Positions 33,700 to 36,886 of a DNA stretch of 36,886 bases are shown here, in pieces. The notes below the pieces were generated by a model. It was given only the letters and a program-made list of their open reading frames with translations. It searched no databases and had not been told where the DNA came from. A program made the position numbers and the translations under genes. Position 1 is the first letter of the stretch. Every line of letters begins with the position of its first letter. Origin of the DNA: Simkania sp. (GTDB taxonomy: Bacteria; Chlamydiota; Chlamydiia; Chlamydiales; Simkaniaceae); the NCBI GenBank assembly GCA_028281425.1, contig JANQJX010000244.1, positions 1-36,886 of the forward strand, in the 5' to 3' direction.

Positions 33700-33991
33700 A
33701 ATTTCACCTTTAACAAAAACGATACGTTTGACTTAAAGATGGTCCTCGAGTCAAAACCTTTTGAGTAGAATTTTTTATTTTTAGCAAAAAAAAATCCCAT
33801 TTCTACAACTATAACACAATGCTTGAATTTTTATTTTAAAATATCGAAAGAAGTGGTTTTTCAATGAGACTCTAAAAAAAATGAACGTAAGAAAATATAC
33901 CGGTTATAATCTTCCAATTATGATTTAAGCGTACTCTTTGTTTGGTGGTTTCAAGTGTCTAGCGCGACAACTCTTTAAAAAAAGATCACTT

Positions 33992-34535
33992 TCAATCATA
34001 ACCGATACATCTATTCCTGCTATATTGGCTTAAATATTTATTGTGGATATCAGGAAAACAGTTTTTTACATACTGGTCAATGGATTCTACTTCTAATCTT
34101 GAGAGGTTTTTGGCATGACATTTAAGATCCCTTCCCTTTGATTGAGAACCTCCAAACCTCGGTTGTGAATCATAATCTAAAGAGCATTTTTTATGATACT
34201 CAAAATCCCGCATAAATTCTTTTAAAGAATTGGCGTTCTCTTTTAGGAAAAGAAGGACTTTTTTCATAGTGCTTTCAAAATCATTTATCAGATCTTCATA
34301 GTAGATTAAAAGCCTATTTAATTCCTTTAAAGGATTCATGAATATCAGAGCTAGAGTTGTTCAAATGATTCCAAATATTATTAAAATTACAATAGTGCCT
34401 AGAAAAGCATTCAATATCATCCCGAACGATCAAAATCAACTTTTCTTGGTTTTTACATGGCTTATCACAACAAAGTATATCATTTGCTCTATGTCTATGA
34501 TCAAATTCCTTATCAGAAGATAGTATCACTATCAT
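33992..34535 (-). pseudogene. Sulfotransferase paralog, frameshifted and 5'-degraded
   Basis: ORF 34314-34535 contains KLILIVRDDIECFSRH (compare RLIFLTRNPKEIFLR). ORF 33992-34339 contains RLLIYYEDLINDFESTMKKVLLFLKE...SQSKGRDL...NKYLSQY, collinear with the C-terminal half of the 32525 gene. They are in different frames. Only a degenerate PSB-like remnant lies upstream (to about 34620). Confidence 0.6.
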
Positions 34536-34661
34536 TTACAAAACTATTGCAAGTTCAACAGTCCTTGCCGTTAAACTCGCGCTTTGCTACCAAAACTAAC
34601 CATCTTTCCAGATTGTTCTTTTTTATTAAACTTTTTTAAATACCAAATTGAAAACCGCTCT

Positions 34662-34830
34662 TAGCCTGCATTTTACGCCACCTCTGGAAAAAGAGCTGCA
34701 CGAATGTTTTCAGAAACGCCAAGAAATTCTCAAATGGATAAACTTGCAACCTCACCTAAAAGAATTTATTGGATGTGCAAGCGAAACAGAGCATGCAGAT
34801 TTTTTCAGGGGTAGCGTAAAATACGGGTTA
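34662..34830 (+). mobile_element. MITE family A, best-preserved copy (169 bp)
   Basis: TIR alignment: TAGCCTGCATTTTACGCCACCTCTGG against the reverse complement of the right end, TAACCCGTATTTTACGCTACCCCTGA, gives 20/26 identical. The core is collinear with other copies. Confidence 0.85.
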
Positions 34831-34983
34831 AATCATTTTCTCTCTTTGATACAGGAAAAAAAATCTCTTTTAACTTTCTTTTGCGTAAGGTGAGTAAAAA
34901 ATGTTCCAAAAAAAATCGGCGTATAAAAATTGTAGCTTCTATTTTATTAATCCCTAAGGTACATTAAGATTATTTTTAAAAAT

Positions 34984-36651
34984 TTGTTGAAAATAGCAAT
35001 GACTAAAAATGCATTAAGGTATTTTGCAGTTTTTTTTACTTTTCTTATTATCTCTTTTCAAATCCATACCTACTCGAATGAAATACAGCAAGAAAAACCT
35101 TTTTCAACAGAAATCAGTCCTATTATTGTTACATTACCTAAAGCAGGAACACATCTCGTTCGAACCATTATAGAACATTTCTTAAAAAAAGAAGGAATAG
35201 GCCCCATTCCTTTTCTTCGAAAGCCCTTTTATCCTAAGCATCAGTTTTTAAATTTACATGTCACAGAAGCTGCTTCTTTGATTGAAAGCTATTGTCGTGA
35301 GTATCCCAATTGCCCTAAAATCTTAGTTGTAAGAAATTTAAGAGATATTGTTGTTTCTGCAAAAGATTTTATAACAAAAACAGGGTTTTATAATTTTGTT
35401 TTTTTTGCTGAGCTCTTTGCAAAATCCATCAATTACACAAAAAATTATGACAAAATCAAAGGAAACAAAGAGCTTAAAAAAATCTGGGATTCTTTGAGCA
35501 ACGATGACAAATTGACCCAATTTATTCAATATTACTACAACTTTAAAAAAAGTCCTGATCAGTTTATGGCACATAATTTGCTTTATTATGTTCAAGACTC
35601 TATTCATTTTTTGCAGAAATATCCAGATACTTTAGTGGTAAGATTTGAAGACCTTTTCGATGAAAATGAATGTATTTCGGTAAAAGAACTTAGAAAAATT
35701 GCAACCTTTTTGGGAAAAAATGTTTCACATAAACAGCTAATAAAAATGTCAAAAGAAATTTATGGGCATTCAAAAAGCCGTACGTACCGAATAGGTAAAA
35801 AAGTGGGACGAAGTGATTTAGAATTTAAAAAACAGCATGTCTCTTTATTTAAATCCTATTTTGAAACTGAAGAAAAAGAATTTAATAGCTACTTTGGTTA
35901 TCCTGACCCCCCACCCCCTTCGGACATTGATTACTTTTCTCTAATTCTTGTGACTATTCCCAAATCTGGAACACGTTTATTAACTAATCTTATTCAACAA
36001 ATTCTTCCTGGTTATCCTTTAACAAAATTTCATGTTCAAAGACGCAATGCAATAAAACAGCATTGCAATCAACATCCTAAGTGTCTTAAAATCTTAATGG
36101 TCAGAAATTTAAGAGATTTGATTCTTTCAAGAACAGATTACACGTCAAGAGAGGGTGTTGTTAAAAATCATCCTCCATTTCTAAGAAAGCACGGAAAACA
36201 AGCTTGGGATTCATTACCCAAACAAAAAAAACTTTCAAAAATCATCGACTGGTTTTACGAATTTAAACAAGTTGATTTTAGACGTCATAACTTGTGCCAT
36301 TATGTAAAAGATAGTATTTGGTTTAAGGAAAGCTATCCCGAAGCATTGGTCTTAAGATTTGAAGATTTTTTTGATGCTCAAGACCATCTAAAAAAAGCCT
36401 CTGTTTCTCAATTAGCCCACTATTTGGGACAAAATTTATCTCAAAAAAGCATTGAACAAATTCTCTCGCAAGTGGATCAAAATAAAGAAGAAAGTGCGAC
36501 CTACCGAAAAGAGAAAAAAGCAAACCGATATTTAGAAGAATTTGATTTAGAAAATAATATAAAGTTTTTACATTACTTTGAAGACTTAGAAAAAGAGTAT
36601 AATGCAGTTTTTGGATATGATTTTTTTCTCAATGAAATGATTGCAAACTAA
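34984..36651 (+). CDS. Two-domain (internally duplicated) sulfotransferase with hydrophobic N-terminal signal/anchor
   Basis: N-terminal TM/signal ALRYFAVFFTFLIISFQIHTYS. Domain 1 has IIVTLPKAGTHLV...PKILVVRNLRDIVVS...LVVRFEDLFD...FNSYFGYPD. A PDPPPPSD linker lies at about nt 35905-35928. Domain 2 has ILVTIPKSGTRLL...LKILMVRNLRDLILS...LVLRFEDFFD...YNAVFGYDF. Confidence 0.75.
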   Translation: MLKIAMTKNALRYFAVFFTFLIISFQIHTYSNEIQQEKPFSTEISPIIVTLPKAGTHLVRTIIEHFLKKEGIGPIPFLRKPFYPKHQFLNLHVTEAASLIESYCREYPNCPKILVVRNLRDIVVSAKDFITKTGFYNFVFFAELFAKSINYTKNYDKIKGNKELKKIWDSLSNDDKLTQFIQYYYNFKKSPDQFMAHNLLYYVQDSIHFLQKYPDTLVVRFEDLFDENECISVKELRKIATFLGKNVSHKQLIKMSKEIYGHSKSRTYRIGKKVGRSDLEFKKQHVSLFKSYFETEEKEFNSYFGYPDPPPPSDIDYFSLILVTIPKSGTRLLTNLIQQILPGYPLTKFHVQRRNAIKQHCNQHPKCLKILMVRNLRDLILSRTDYTSREGVVKNHPPFLRKHGKQAWDSLPKQKKLSKIIDWFYEFKQVDFRRHNLCHYVKDSIWFKESYPEALVLRFEDFFDAQDHLKKASVSQLAHYLGQNLSQKSIEQILSQVDQNKEESATYRKEKKANRYLEEFDLENNIKFLHYFEDLEKEYNAVFGYDFFLNEMIAN

Positions 36652-36681
36652 AAATTTTTTCGTATTTTTTCTATTTTTATC

Positions 36682-36886
36682 AAAAATAGAGCGCAAAACC
36701 TCTTCCTTCAGGTGGAGGATATAGAGCTCTCAGGCGCCTCCTTGAGCTTAATTTTTGGCTGAGTCTATGGAAAAAATCGGAAGAATACAGCTTTTTAAAT
36801 GAGCTTCCCTCCCAAACTCTTCAGCAAAAGTTAAAAGACTTAAGAAGAAAGCTTTTAAAGACGCTTTTGACAAAAAACAGCCCTTA
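36682..36886 (+). mobile_element. Left end of an IS200/IS605-family-like element with a TnpB-like reading frame (partial, runs off window)
   Basis: 36682-36738 is near-identical to 18735-18791, and both follow TTATC. The frame open from 36690 reads ...ELNFWLSLWKKSEEYSFLNELPSQTLQQKLKDLRRKLLKTLLTKNSP. This resembles the conserved [W/F]LxExxSQxLQQxL[K/R]DL segment near the N-terminus of IS605 OrfB/TnpB (from recall). No in-frame start codon is present and the usual first ~50 aa are missing. Confidence 0.4.

Noticed and set aside
29371-36523. Further nested ORFs: 29371-29601, 31846-32095, 33154-33345, 33336-33533, 34338-34639, 35338-35607 and 36323-36523.
   Set aside because: The reasoning is the same as for the previous entry. 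They are shadow ORFs of the Lpt-like, GT9 and sulfotransferase genes, or of the sulfotransferase pseudogene.
36767-36802. A short ATG-initiated frame (MEKIGRIQLFK*) inside the IS-like left end as the possible real start of tnpB.
   Set aside because: It terminates after 11 codons and is in a different frame from the TnpB-like segment.
1-36886. CRISPR arrays, rRNA genes, integrases/recombinases, toxin-antitoxin pairs and recognisable defence-system genes.
   Set aside because: No regularly spaced short direct repeats were seen; the recurring repeats are 167-174-bp TIR elements at irregular spacing. There is no rRNA-like sequence. No ORF carries motifs I recognise for integrases, TA modules or defence enzymes.

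Overview
AT-rich bacterial chromosomal segment (about one-third G+C by eye, not computed). All family assignments come from motif recognition in the translations; no search was run. Gene content and local order best fit an environmental, amoeba-associated member of the Chlamydiae: rpsD-nfo, kdsA followed by LptC/LptA-like genes and lptB, a short hemA, yidD, secreted ankyrin and MORN proteins, and a Pmp/autotransporter-like fragment. This taxon call is an inference from recall.

Housekeeping genes present are recO, gabD, yidD, pheT, trhO, rpsD, nfo, asnS, hemA, rluD, a KH protein, kdsA and lptB, plus tRNA-Arg(UCG), tRNA-Leu(GAG) and tRNA-Arg(UCU). They are interleaved with an unusually dense load of non-autonomous mobile DNA.

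1. MITE family A is about 170 bp with about 25-bp terminal inverted repeats and TA flanks. It has about 10 full or partial copies, all in the same orientation.
2. MITE family B is 167-168 bp with a perfect 17-bp TIR (GGGCCTGCCTTGAACTG) and 5-bp target duplications. It has repeatedly inserted into or next to family-A copies at different positions.
3. A 167-bp IS200/IS605-like miniature element precisely interrupts a lipase-like gene. A second copy of its left end at the window's right edge is followed by a TnpB-like reading frame.

The region 18.6-22.1 kb is a decaying accessory island with two frameshifted pseudogenes and two small orphan ORFs bracketed by MITE composites.

The most interesting coding content lies directly downstream of the kdsA-lpt operon and a GT9 glycosyltransferase. 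It is a 4-kb cluster carrying four sulfotransferase domains: one single-domain gene, one decayed paralog, and one internally duplicated two-domain gene with a hydrophobic N-terminus. This suggests an undescribed sulfation system acting either on the envelope glycolipid or on host targets.
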